A DNA stretch of 64,000 nt from NCBI GenBank assembly GCA_964016885.1, contig OZ024743.1, positions 168,950,001 to 169,014,000 on the forward strand. Reading direction: 5' to 3'. How positions within the stretch are numbered: the first letter of the stretch is position 1; each line of letters opens with the position of its first letter. Origin of the DNA: Eledone cirrhosa. Lineage: Eukaryota. A model generated the notes under the pieces. It was not told the origin of the DNA. It worked only from the letters and a program-made list of their open reading frames with translations, and made no database searches. The position numbers and the translations under genes were made by a program. This document shows, in pieces, positions 13,447 through 25,065 of this stretch.

Positions 13447-14240
13447 ATGCAAATTAGGCTGCTCAGCCGTTAAAATGCATACGGAAAGTATATACTTTCA
13501 GACGTTCAATGATCTGGCAGGAAGGTATACGGTGCTGACGATAGCTAATAAGCTTTAAACTAGCACATCGTTCCTTTGTCAGTGTTGAACAAAAAGGTGA
13601 CGATGGTTGCCTGAACACTGTACGGCGTAATTCGGGCTGTTTGTTTGTTTACAAACAAACAAACCGAACATTATAATAAATGTTCGATAAACCCATACGT
13701 ACATATATGTATGTGTGCATGTATGTATATATATACATACTACTGTACGTCTGTATACATATATGTATGTACGTATACATACTTACATTTAAGTATCAGC
13801 CGTACTAAGAGTGAGAAATGAAATTTCGTTTCATTCTTTTCCATTTATCGTTTTCGGTGCGCCCGGCCGACTAACTCACTTGATATGCAAATTAGGCTGC
13901 TCAGCCGTTAATATGCATAAGGAAAGTATATACTTTCAGACGTTCAATCATCTGGCAGGAAGGTATACGATACAGATTATAACTAATAAGCTTGAAACTA
14001 GTACATCGTTCCTGTGTCAGTGTTGAACAAAAAAGTGACGATGGTTGCCTGAACATTGTATGGCGTAATTCGGGCTGTTTATTTGTTTACAAACAAACAA
14101 ACCGAACATTATAATAAATGTTCGGTAACCCCATACGTAGATATATGTATGTGTGCATGTATGCATATATATACATACTACTGTACGTCTGTATACATAT
14201 ATGTATGTACGTATACATACATACTTACATATATGTATAT
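13447..14240 (+). repeat. Tandem 438 bp unit containing a minimal hammerhead (retrozyme-like), about 1.8 copies
   Basis: atgcaaattaggctgctcagccgtt at about 13447 and 13885. Hammerhead remnants at 13529-13571 and 13967-14009. Confidence 0.75.
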
Positions 14241-14326
14241 GTATATATATATATTTCGTTTCTGAATTTGTTTAGCAAGATTCTTTATCTGAAAACATGT
14301 GTTGAAACCGATATTGTTATGGATTG

Positions 14327-14475
14327 TTGTGCCTCTCCTTTGTTCTGTCCTACGCGATCTTGTTTTTGAAAAACAAGATGGCGTAGGACAGAACAAAGGA
14401 GAGGCACAAAAACAAAGAAAATAATCGCCAGGCACTGAAGAGGTCACAGAATGTGTGACGAAAGAACTTTGACAA
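14327..14475 (+). repeat. Near-perfect palindrome (arms about 40 bp) followed by a degenerate hammerhead, probable PLE pLTR remnant
   Basis: ttgtgcctctcctttgttctgtcctacgc..tcttgttttt g aaaaacaaga..gcgtaggacagaacaaaggagaggcacaa, then CTGAAGA-ggtcaca-gaatg-tgtgac-GAAA. Confidence 0.65.
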
Positions 14476-14621
14476 TATATGAACAATCGTCTGGTTGTGG
14501 AACCAACCAACCAACCGGAAATTTATAAATTCCTAAATTATTAAATTTAATTTATAATAAATTGAAGTGAAAGCAACTGGTGCGTGTGTTTCTTATTGGC
14601 AACATGACCCTCCCAAAGCAT

Positions 14622-14668
<47 letters not shown>

Positions 14669-14911
14669 TAATTGAATATAAAATAAAGACAGATATATAC
14701 CATATATGTGTTCAAATCGGAATGGACCAGATTCGCTAAGGTGAAAAGAATACTAACTATAGACAATAGGGTTTGCCTGACTCAATTTAAGAATAAATCA
14801 AGAAAATAAATACAGACCGGAATTGTGGTAACTACCAATCACCCAGACAGCTTTTGGTACTGCTGTTTCGCAATATTAATTGTGAATATGAATGCTAATT
14901 CTTGCTCATCA

Positions 14912-14969
<58 letters not shown>

Positions 14970-14971
<2 letters not shown>

Positions 14972-15245
14972 TGTTTCTCCCTTAAGCACAAGGCCAGCAA
15001 ATACCCAGTGTATTACGGGTACTTTATTTTATCGCCCCCGTAAGGATGAAAGGCAAAGTTAACCTCGGCGGGATTTGAACTCAGAATGGCAAGGGCCGTA
15101 ACTCTATGCGTCAAAGCATGGCGTCCGACCCTCTACCAATAATGCCAATCCACCGCCTTATATATATTATAATTGTTTCCACTTTAGGCACAAGGCCAAC
15201 AATACACCAGTGCATTACTGGTACTTTATTTTATCGACCCCGTAA
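14970..15245 (-). mobile_element. Full-length tRNA-derived SINE plus a second 3' half
   Basis: Head aaggcggtggattggc, B box, core domain and family tail on the minus strand. Confidence 0.85.
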
Positions 15246-15599
15246 AATGTTAAGGAACAAGAATTCAGTGTTGCATCATATCATATTTAATAACATATTA
15301 CATATGTTTCTCTATCGATCAGCTCGAGGCAAGATCTATTATAGATCGAACCTGACTCTGTAATCGAAAGGTCGTCAGAAATCGTCTCAGATTCTGTTTG
15401 TTCAAACCTTCGGCTATTAGCTATCTAGAGCACATATTAGCATCCTGTTATTTCGGCCTTTACATTGGTTCAATTATCCCATCATCATCATCATTATTCT
15501 ATCCTCTGGGTGGCGTTTCTCTGTCGTGCGCGTTCAGGCGAGGCTGTCGGTGCCTGTCTTTTACTATTAGATTTACTGTTCCTATACCACCGATATCTC

Positions 15600-15740
15600 C
15601 ACATATATATACACACGCACACACACAAACATAAGTACACACGCACTCACACACACACGCACACACACATACATACGCATTCGTACACATACGCAGACAC
15701 GCACACATACATACAAATACATGCATATACACATGTGTGC

Positions 15741-15780
<40 letters not shown>

Positions 15781-16385
15781 GCATGTATGCAGGTATGCAT
15801 GCATGCACGTATGCATGGAGACGTACGTATTCATGAATGCATGAATGTATGAAAATCGACACGGACATATATGTATACGCGCCCATGTGTACGTCCACAA
15901 AAATACACGTGCACACCCATAAAGACATTCTAAATAAGTAGATAAATGTACACCTCTATATTTCGCTCCCTCTATATATATATACTTATATATATATGTG
16001 TGTGTGTGTGTGTGTTCATATATATATACATACGCATACATACACATATATACATATGTAAACATACACACGCACACACACATATATACACATATATACA
16101 TACACACACACGCTCAAATATACATATACATGGGTGGGTGGGTGGGTGTGTGTCTGTTGTGTATGTATATATATATATGCGTGTATATATATATATATAT
16201 ATATATGCATATACGTATGTGTGTGTGTATGTATATATTTTTATGTATGAGGGTATACGTGAATATTTGTGTATATATAGGTGTGTATATATTTGTGTAT
16301 ATACAAAAGTGTGTAAATATATATATACACATGTACATATGTATGTATATGTATATGTCTATATGCATGTGTGCATGTGTATGTA
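15600..16385. repeat. Compound (CA)n/(TA)n/(TG)n microsatellite field
   Basis: Alternating purine-pyrimidine runs. Similar fields at 16740-16920 and 18280-18690. Confidence 0.9.
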
Positions 16386-16738
16386 TATGCGCGGGGACAT
16401 AGAAATAGTCTGTTTGGACACCTGATCGCGCAGTTAAACCACTGGGAGTGAAGGACCCCTAGCTTTTGTCAGGGCATTCTTCTAGGAGAAGGCAACTCAG
16501 GAAACTGGGATAACTCTGATATAAAACCTGCGACTCAGTAGTTACCGACGATGTTAATCTTTTCTTCTTTTCGGGTTATAGCTACTATCAGAGAGGGGAT
16601 TGGCTCAGTGCACAGTCTTTCCTCACTTTAAAAAATATCTTCACGCACAGGCATTGAACGATAGAATTAATTAATAATTATTAATAATGGTATATCGTGC
16701 AATGGCCATACTCGATAACGAGGGGGCAGCCATCATCA
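16386..16738 (+). mobile_element. Full copy of the 340 bp non-autonomous RTE-like element
   Basis: Reverse complement of the 6380-6731 copy. Confidence 0.75.
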
Positions 16739-16848
16739 GCATATATATATATGTGTGCGTGTGTGTGTATGTATACATATGTATATATGTGTATGTGTTG
16801 TGTATGCATATATATGAACACACGCACACACATATATACATATGTGTA

Positions 16849-16914
<66 letters not shown>

Positions 16915-16921
<7 letters not shown>

Positions 16922-17237
16922 GATATTAACAAATGGAAACTATATTTATAAAACGATATTTATTTCATTATACATATTTCAAGGATACCAAGTTAAATTA
17001 TGGTATGCCTTCATCAGACAAAATACAATATATACCAGTTTTATGTATTTTGTTTGATGAAGGCATACCATAATTTAACTTGGTATCCTTGAAATATGTA
17101 TAATGAAATAAATATGGTTTTATAAATATAGTTTCCATTTGTTAATATCGTATATCTACTCAAAATACTTGTCGAGTGCTTTATATCAGTTATAAAAATA
17201 TTTGCTTGTTGTATCCCAACAATTTAAATAGAACTTT

Positions 17238-17240
<3 letters not shown>
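16915..17240. mobile_element. Inverted pair of Penelope-type pLTRs with two hammerheads, in (TA)n
   Basis: Arms about 16915-17028 and 17043-17155. Hammerhead on minus at 16961-17025 (CTGATGA) and on plus at 17046-17110 (TTGATGA). Related copy at 46105-46310. Confidence 0.8.
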
Positions 17241-17309
<69 letters not shown>

Positions 17310-17312
<3 letters not shown>

Positions 17313-17365
17313 GTAAGTATATATGTATACGTACATACATATATATATACAGACGTACAGTAGCA

Positions 17366-17427
<62 letters not shown>

Positions 17428-17853
17428 CAGGTACACATACATGTATGTATGTATCAGTTTAGCGGACGCTTATTATAGCGCCTGCTTTGTTCGTTTGTAA
17501 ACAAACTGAACAGCCTGAATTTATGCCGTACGGTGTTAAGGCAACCACGTCACCTTTTTGTTCAACACTGACACAGGAACGATGTACTAGTTTCAAGTTT
17601 GTTAGCTATCATCAGCACCGTATACCCTTCTGCCAGATGGTTGAACGCTCGAAAGTATATACTTTCCTTATGAAAATTAACGGCTGAGCAGCCTAATTTG
17701 CATATCGAGTGAGTTATGTCGGCCGAAAACGATCAGTTGTAATAAAATGAAAACGAAATTCCATTTCTTTCTCACTCTTATGACGGCACTTACTTAAATG
17801 TAAGTATGTATGTATACGTACATACATATATGTATACAGACGTACAGTAGCAA

Positions 17854-17919
<66 letters not shown>

Positions 17920-18280
17920 GTATATATATACATACAGGTACACATACATATATGCACGTATCAGTTTAGCGGACGCTTATTATAGCGCCCGCTTTGTTCG
18001 TTTGTAAACAAACTGAACAGCCTGAATTTATGCCGTACGGTGTTAAGGCAACCATGTCACCTTTTTGTTCAACGAACAAAGCGGGCGCTATAATAAGCGT
18101 CCAATAAACTGATACGTACATATATGTATGTGTACCTGTATGTATATATATATATATATATGCATGCTACTGTACGTCTGTATACATATATGTATGTACG
18201 TATACATACATACTTACATTTAAGTAAGTGCCGTACTAAGAGTGAGAAATGAAATTTCGTTTTCATTTTATTACAACTAT
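17310..18280 (-). repeat. Second array of the retrozyme-like unit (period about 490-510) with a foldback inversion at about 18071
   Basis: Reverse complement of the 13447 unit. tatcagtttagcggacgc at about 17452 and 17959. 18071-18280 is the inverse of about 17735-18003. Confidence 0.8.
17579..17621 (-). ncRNA. Minimal type I hammerhead with palindromic CUAG loop
   Basis: acggtg-CTGATGA-tagctaacaaactt-GAAA-ctag-TA-catcgt. Stem I pairs 6/6. Stem II is weakened relative to the family consensus. Confidence 0.75.
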
Positions 18281-18296
18281 ATATATATATGTATTT

Positions 18297-18337
<41 letters not shown>

Positions 18338-18508
18338 CACATACATACACACATACATACATGTTTACATATATCTGCACATAAACATACACCCGCATAT
18401 ATATATACATACACACACTTACACACATATATATGTATATACACACATATATACAGTCAGACACACACATACATCTAGGTACACACACATAAATAAATAC
18501 ATATACAC

Positions 18509-18565
<57 letters not shown>

Positions 18566-18854
18566 TGCACACAGGCGCACACCCACAGATGTATCCATAC
18601 ACAAAAGTACACACGCACACACATACATTCATATATATACACACACACGCACACATCTACACACATATACGTATCTACACAGATACATGTATCCGTGGCG
18701 ATTCGCGGACGTAGTGGTCGGCGTCGGCTGGTTGTACAGGTCCCGGCACACTGTGGGTCGAGTGTCAGTGGGGATTGTGTAGCATGTGTTACCCGTGTCG
18801 ATAAGTGTTCTACCAGGTACGCCAGAAATAATACACAATTAGGCTACTGGCGAC

Positions 18855-21800
18855 TTTCGTAGGAAATCATAATATCGAGAGCTCCACAAATGTTTGTTTT
18901 TTCAGTTGTTTTTTCAAAGTGTGTTGTTTCAAATTGCCAGTTATAAAACTTTTATTGTTAAGTGTTTATAAGTTCATATATATTGCTTTCTGAAAAGGAC
19001 ACTCAATAATATTGGGGGCCTTGAGCCCAAAAGTTAAACTTGTATTTTGTCAAACAAATAATTTATTTTAAAAAACACAAAGACGGCTTCTGACAACGTT
19101 TCTAACATACCAACATCTCCCACCACCACTACCGTAAGCCTTGCTACGGTTGCCAAGACCGAAAATGTTTTCGCTAACAGCAGCAGCAGTGGCGTTTACT
19201 TAGGTTTGTCACGTGCAGACGTGATTTTCCTACCCATACCAATGTCTGCAGGTGTTAAGGCCACCATGTCCAACTCCACTGATACCACCACCAACACCAC
19301 TGAAACAAGCAACACTGAAAGAAAAAAAAATTATCGCGTGATATCGAAATGGATTTTTTCATGTCGAACGCCACTGACACCACCACCACCACAACAACAA
19401 CTGAAACAAAAATAATAATAACAAAAATAACAATACCAACAACAACACCGACAATAACAATAACAAAACAACACCAACACCAGCGCAAAACCAAATGTGT
19501 CTTTTGCTAAAACGGCGAACAAAAGCGAGGAAGAACTGAATGAAGCCAAGCGAATGGTAAAAAAATATGGTTTCAGGGTCAGTCTCACCCCCACCCCATC
19601 AAATACCACGGAGCATCGGCGCTTATTTACTGTATCTTTTCGCATACTCAATATAAAAACACGCCGAGTGGAGCGGGTATCCGAGTCCCAGATCCAAAAA
19701 GCTTTGGAACATGTGTCAAAAAATCCACATGAGATGTGGACAAAACTATGGAACCGTGGACGTGTTCTTGGGAAACCCAAAGGAAGCCAGAGAGCACTCC
19801 ATGGCCCCACTTAAAAGTTACGAATTCACACTCGTCCCTAGCTACTGTGGTCAGAGGCTAGTAAGAACCAGGGTGGCATAGGTACCACCGACCATTAAAA
19901 TTCCCTGGCTGATGACTGCCATCCTCGCTGACATCGAGGCCGACACAAAAGTGATCGAGGTGATTAAAGTAAAACAGGAAAACGTGTCCGGATCTGGAAT
20001 GAAGATCCTGATCCAAGCAACCAAAAAAAAGAAAACATCTAAGAGATTCAAAAAGTGATAAACCTCGATGACGGCATCCATCTCATCGTAATTATTGAAA
20101 GTAGAAGGCCCGAAGGCCTTCTGCCCAAGCGGGATGGCTAAAATGTTAAGATCACCTCTCCTGCCCACCCCAATGACTCAACCATCAAAACCAACAGCAG
20201 AAATGGCAGCAACGATAACAGCATCTGTTGCAGCAACATTGGCAAGACAAACACAACCACCGTCCACCGCGTCAGAAGTAGCACCAGCACCTCTACCATC
20301 CAACACAGCACAACCAACACCAACGCTTATGAACGACTCCCCCCCCCACCCACCTCCCACCCCAGACCTCTCACAATTTGAGACAGATTGTGACGAGCAG
20401 GAGGAGTGGGAAACTGTATCTGAAAAAAAAAGAAACCAGAAAAGAAAAAAATCATCTTCCTTCGCCCTCCAAAAACAAAATACGAGGCGAAACAAACTAA
20501 CAAAAAAGTTAAGACAGCTACGCCACCACCCACACCAGCATCATCAGCTCCATCACCACAAACACCAACACCATTACCATCATCAACCCCAACACCACAA
20601 AAAACCCCAACAAGCGAAACAGAAACAAACCCAGAACAAACGCAAACAAAACAAAGCAACCAAACCGATACACACTACACAGCATTGAATTTGAACAACA
20701 ACTAATTATTACACTACAACCAACATAACACCAGCATCACAGAAAAAGACTATCCAACACCCCAAATTTTCACACCGGGAGGATATATAAAGACATCCTC
20801 CCGGTGAGGGCCACAAACAGTCAGAAGGGCGGAAAAACCATACTTCCTCCACAAGAAGTGAGGTAAGTGGTCTTTCCCATCTTTTTCCACTCCTTTTCAA
20901 CATGACCTTACTCAGAATAGGCAACATAAATGCGCGTGGCCTGGGGTCGTCATGGAAACAGGGCCACCTGCTCAACAACCCCAGGTCAATGAACATAGAT
21001 GTGGTGGCCACATTAGCGAGACAAGAATTTCCGAGGCACATACCTTCGCACTCATTTTCGGCGGTTACGATGTGAACACATCTCCAAGCCGGCCGGGATC
21101 GGGAGGCGGAGTCGCTGTGTTGTTCTGGAGAGGCCTGGATCTCGTGATACGGACCATCTTCTTGGACCCAGAAGGGAAGTTGGTGGTGCTGGACGCGACC
21201 AGCAGCGAAGCTATGCTTTAGGCGAGTGGCAGTTTATTCCCCGACGGAGGCAGGACGGCTTGATTTCTTCAGGCGACTGGAGACCTTTAATGTTAGTGGG
21301 CGATAAGAACGGGTTCTTGGATGCACGCTGGGATTGTGTGGGATAAGTGGATAGGGGAGGAGTGTGTAAAAGCCTCCAAAACTTGCTCAGACGCTTCCAA
21401 ATGTCTGACAGGTGCCGACTGGATTTCCCGAATGTGCCAATGTGGACATGGACGAAACGTATCGGGCCATCCAGATAGTATCTAGATAGGGTATTTTGTA
21501 AGGAAATAGATAGTTCTAGCATAGGTTGTCCACAATTCAAAATAGACCACACAGACCACAAATTTGTGACCTGTTTGGTTGAATTAGAGAGGCTTCATAG
21601 ACAGGGACCCGGCTACTGGAAGCTAAATGCGTCTTTGACAGCGTGCAAAGCCTACAGAGACCGGATTAGCGAACTAGTTAAGCGGGCGTTCAGGGTGGCA
21701 ATCGTCAAAAACAGATGGTGGTTCGCCCTGAAAAGGACAATTAGAATGGAGTCCATAAGATTTAGTAAGGCGTTAGCAATAAAGAAAAATAGAGCAGAGA

Positions 21801-23776
21801 AAGAACTAGTTAGAAAATTAGACGAGGCGCTTAGTAAAGGCATCGCGACCGACCTGCTTGTGTCGAAATTCAACCTCGACCAATTCTTCAACGCAAAGCA
21901 CGTAGAGTGCGTTGTCAGAGCTAGGATGGGCCCTAGGGGCGACGTGGCAATAAAGTCACGATCCGGTCTTTGGAGGACCACGAAGGGCATATGTTACTCG
22001 AACCAGAGCAAATGTGTGCAGCTTTTCAGCGGCTCTTCGCTCAGCTGTTCGGGGGCAGCGGTGGGTCGGATTGCAGGATGGATTTTAGCGCCTGCCGCGG
22101 CTCTCCGCCACTGAGGCGGAGCGTTGCCAAAGGCTGTTAACAACCGCTGAAATACGGATAGCAATGACAGACTGCACGATGGGTAAATCGCCTGGTTTGG
22201 ATGGTCTGCCCTACGACATCTACGTACGCATGTCAGACTTGTTCGGCGACTTCTTGGTGGATGTGTACTATAACTGCCAGCAGAACCAGAAAATTCCCAG
22301 CTATGTGAGCCGAGGGGTGGTAACGCTACTGAGAAAGGACCCGAACAGGGGGGTCAAGATATATAATTTCAGGCCCATAACTCTGCTAAACGCAGTTCAA
22401 GGTTTTGGCCAAGGTGCTAGCAAAGAGGTTGGGGCTTGTCGTCGGTGGGAGAGGCGCAGACATGCACCATTTCAGACAGATCCATCCACGACAACCTCCA
22501 CCTCATGCGATACATCGTGGAGGGCGTAGCTAACGAACCTGGCACGGGAGGAGACTTGATCAATTTAGATCAGTCGAAAACTTTTGATAAAGTCGACCAT
22601 CGTTATCTGGCGACAGTCCTGAGGGCGGCTGGCTTTGTGCTCGTCTTCAGAGGCTGGATAGCTGCCATGCACAGCGACATCTGCTCTGTAGTGAGAGTGA
22701 ACGGTCACCTTTCGGAACCGTTCAACATCATGTCCCCTTCTTATCCTTGTTGTACGTATTGACTCTAGAGCCATTACTGCACAACCTGCAGACGTTGAGG
22801 GGCCTCCCGCGTGAAGTAGGATGCGGGAGAACCGTTTCAGCATATGCCGACGACGTCACCGTAGTGGTGTCAGATGCCAAACTCATCGAGGCGATCGGCA
22901 CTACACTAAGAGAATACGAGGCGGTGACAGGAGCAATGATTATCCAGGAAAAGTCGGTGGGCCTGCAGCTCGGCACCTGGAGAGGCAAGTCCATGTCGTC
23001 CAACAGCGTCATAGTGCGCTGGACGCATGGACCGGTTAAATTGCTAGGGATCTGGTTTGGTCGAGGCCTCCAGACGGACAAAAACTGGGTCGTGGTGAGA
23101 GCAATGTGGCCTCTCTCACCCAGAAATTGGCCGAGAGGAAGCTATCCCTGAATGGTCGAGCGGAGCTGGCGAACGCGCACATTGCGTCTGTCATCTACTA
23201 TCCTCTGACCGTCATGTCTTTCCTAAGCCTCTCCTGGCTGTGCTGGAGCGTGTGTTCTTTCGTTTTCGATGGTCAGGCGGTCCGTTTGCTATCAACACGC
23301 GCTACGTGGAGGGCTGGGCATGCCGTTGCTGATGATGCACAAACATGCGCTCTGGCTACGGCATCTCCACCTTTCCTCGATGGTGATCAGGTGTGGTCGC
23401 CGTTTCCTAGACACGTATTACGCCAGCTCTTCTCCTTGACGGAGCTGCAGTCCTGGGTCAAGCGAAGACCGAGAGAGATCTCTTGAAGACTAGGATGTCT
23501 TCAGGCGCTTGCAGCCCTCGACCAGTCGGGCAATGCGGTCGGTGGAAACTCCACCTTGGCGTTCTATAGAGGGTTAGGGGCGGAAAAGAGCGATGACGTC
23601 CTTGGTGAAACTCTGGGCGGCGACGAAAATCAACTAGTCAATCTCTTCGGGAGAACTTTCGGGCTGGGACTCATGGACAACTTCGAAAATCCCTGGCCTG
23701 ACAGTGCTAGAGAGGAGCTTTGCTTGTTCGAGATAAACTCTACAGGCATGAAAGTGCCATCAGCCGGGCCTGTCCG
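18855..23776 (+). mobile_element. Tx1-like (L1 clade) LINE, near full length and decayed: 5' UTR, ORF1, ORF2 (APE and RT)
   Basis: ORF2 from 20902 (MTLLRIGNINARGL), TDHK, GPGYWKLN, KSPGLDGLP, NFRPITLLN, LDQSKTFDKVDH, AYADDV. 5' UTR shared with 63490. Confidence 0.9.
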
Positions 23777-25055
23777 TCATCTGCTACTGCCTAACCGTTG
23801 CGCCTTCGCCCCGACCCAACACTGACAAAAATGGAGCACTTCCTCTCCCGATTTTTATGAAAGGGACCTGCTCCATTGGTCAGACAATCCATCTGCTGTC
23901 AACACCCGTTACGTGGAGGACTAGGCATGCCGTGTCTGATGATGCGCAAACACACGCTAAGGCTGAAATATTCCTGGTGCTTCCTTGACGGTGAACAGGT
24001 GTGGTCACCGTTTGCCAGACGTGTTTTTCCCAGCTCGTCTCATTAAAGGAGCTGCAGTCCTGGATCAGGAAAATTCCGAGGGGAGTGCTTGGAAACTGGA
24101 ATGTCTCCAAGCGCTCACTGCCTTCTACCAGCTGGGCACTAGTATCGGTGGAACAGCTATCTCGGCATTCTATATAGAACTAGTGGAGGGGAAGAACGAC
24201 GACGTTCTCGAGGTGACCCTGGGCGTCGAAGACGATCAGCTATACGCTCTCTTCAACAGAACTTTCAGCCCGGGGTCTATGGACAACTTCCAGGAATTCC
24301 TGGCCTGGCAGTGCTACCGGAGAGCGTTGCCGTTTCGAGATAAGCTCTACAGGGACGGAGGTGCCGTCGGCCGAATCTGTCCGAGATGCGCACAGGGCGA
24401 CGAAACCGTTGTGCACGCACTCGTTCAGTGTCCGAGCATTGCTGACTTGTGGAGCTATGTCGAACATTTTCTATCACGTGTAGGATGGATCCGGTTATCG
24501 ACTGAGCCCATTGTGCAGCTAGCTCCGCCGTCCTCCTTTAAGGGAGAGGAAGGGCAGGCAGTTTTCATCTGCCTGGTGGCCATGACAAAAGAGATTGTAT
24601 GGTAGACAAGGTTGAAAGGATTGAAGACGGACACTTTCCACTTCCGCCAATCCCTGATTAACCGTTTCAAATTTCACATGAAGAGGAAAATCAGGGTGGA
24701 GAGGGAAGTGCTATCTTCTAGTAAGTTTGTTGGACAGTGGGTGAAAGTAGCGAATCTGGTTCCAGTGAACGGGCCCGTTCTGAGTATGCGCCTGTAGACT
24801 GAGGGTGCTTGCTCTTGTGTTCAGGGTGGCCGTGGTCTTTTGCGTGGTGTTCACCACGAGTGAGACTCGGAGGTTTCCCCTTTTGGGGGACTTTTTGTTG
24901 TTTGAATTTTTTCGATTTGTTTTTACACATTTCTATTTACTTGTTATAACATTTTTACACGGCCAAACCCCGCTATGTATCGTCCTGTACCGTTCTGTGC
25001 CGTCTGTAATGTTTTTTCTTCATGCTAGCCCTTGTAGCCAATAAAGAAACATTAC
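23773..25055 (+). mobile_element. Tx1-like LINE 3' portion with zinc-finger region and 3' UTR
   Basis: CPRCAQGDETVVHALVQC. Tail gcccttgtagccaataaagaaacatt. Confidence 0.88.
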
Positions 25056-25065
25056 TTTTATTATT

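Noticed and set aside
15465-18838. Many overlapping YI/HT/CV-rich ORFs
   Set aside because: Microsatellite artefacts.
20095-20688. Pro/His/Gln-rich protein gene
   Set aside because: Low-complexity tail of Tx1 ORF1 with frameshifts.
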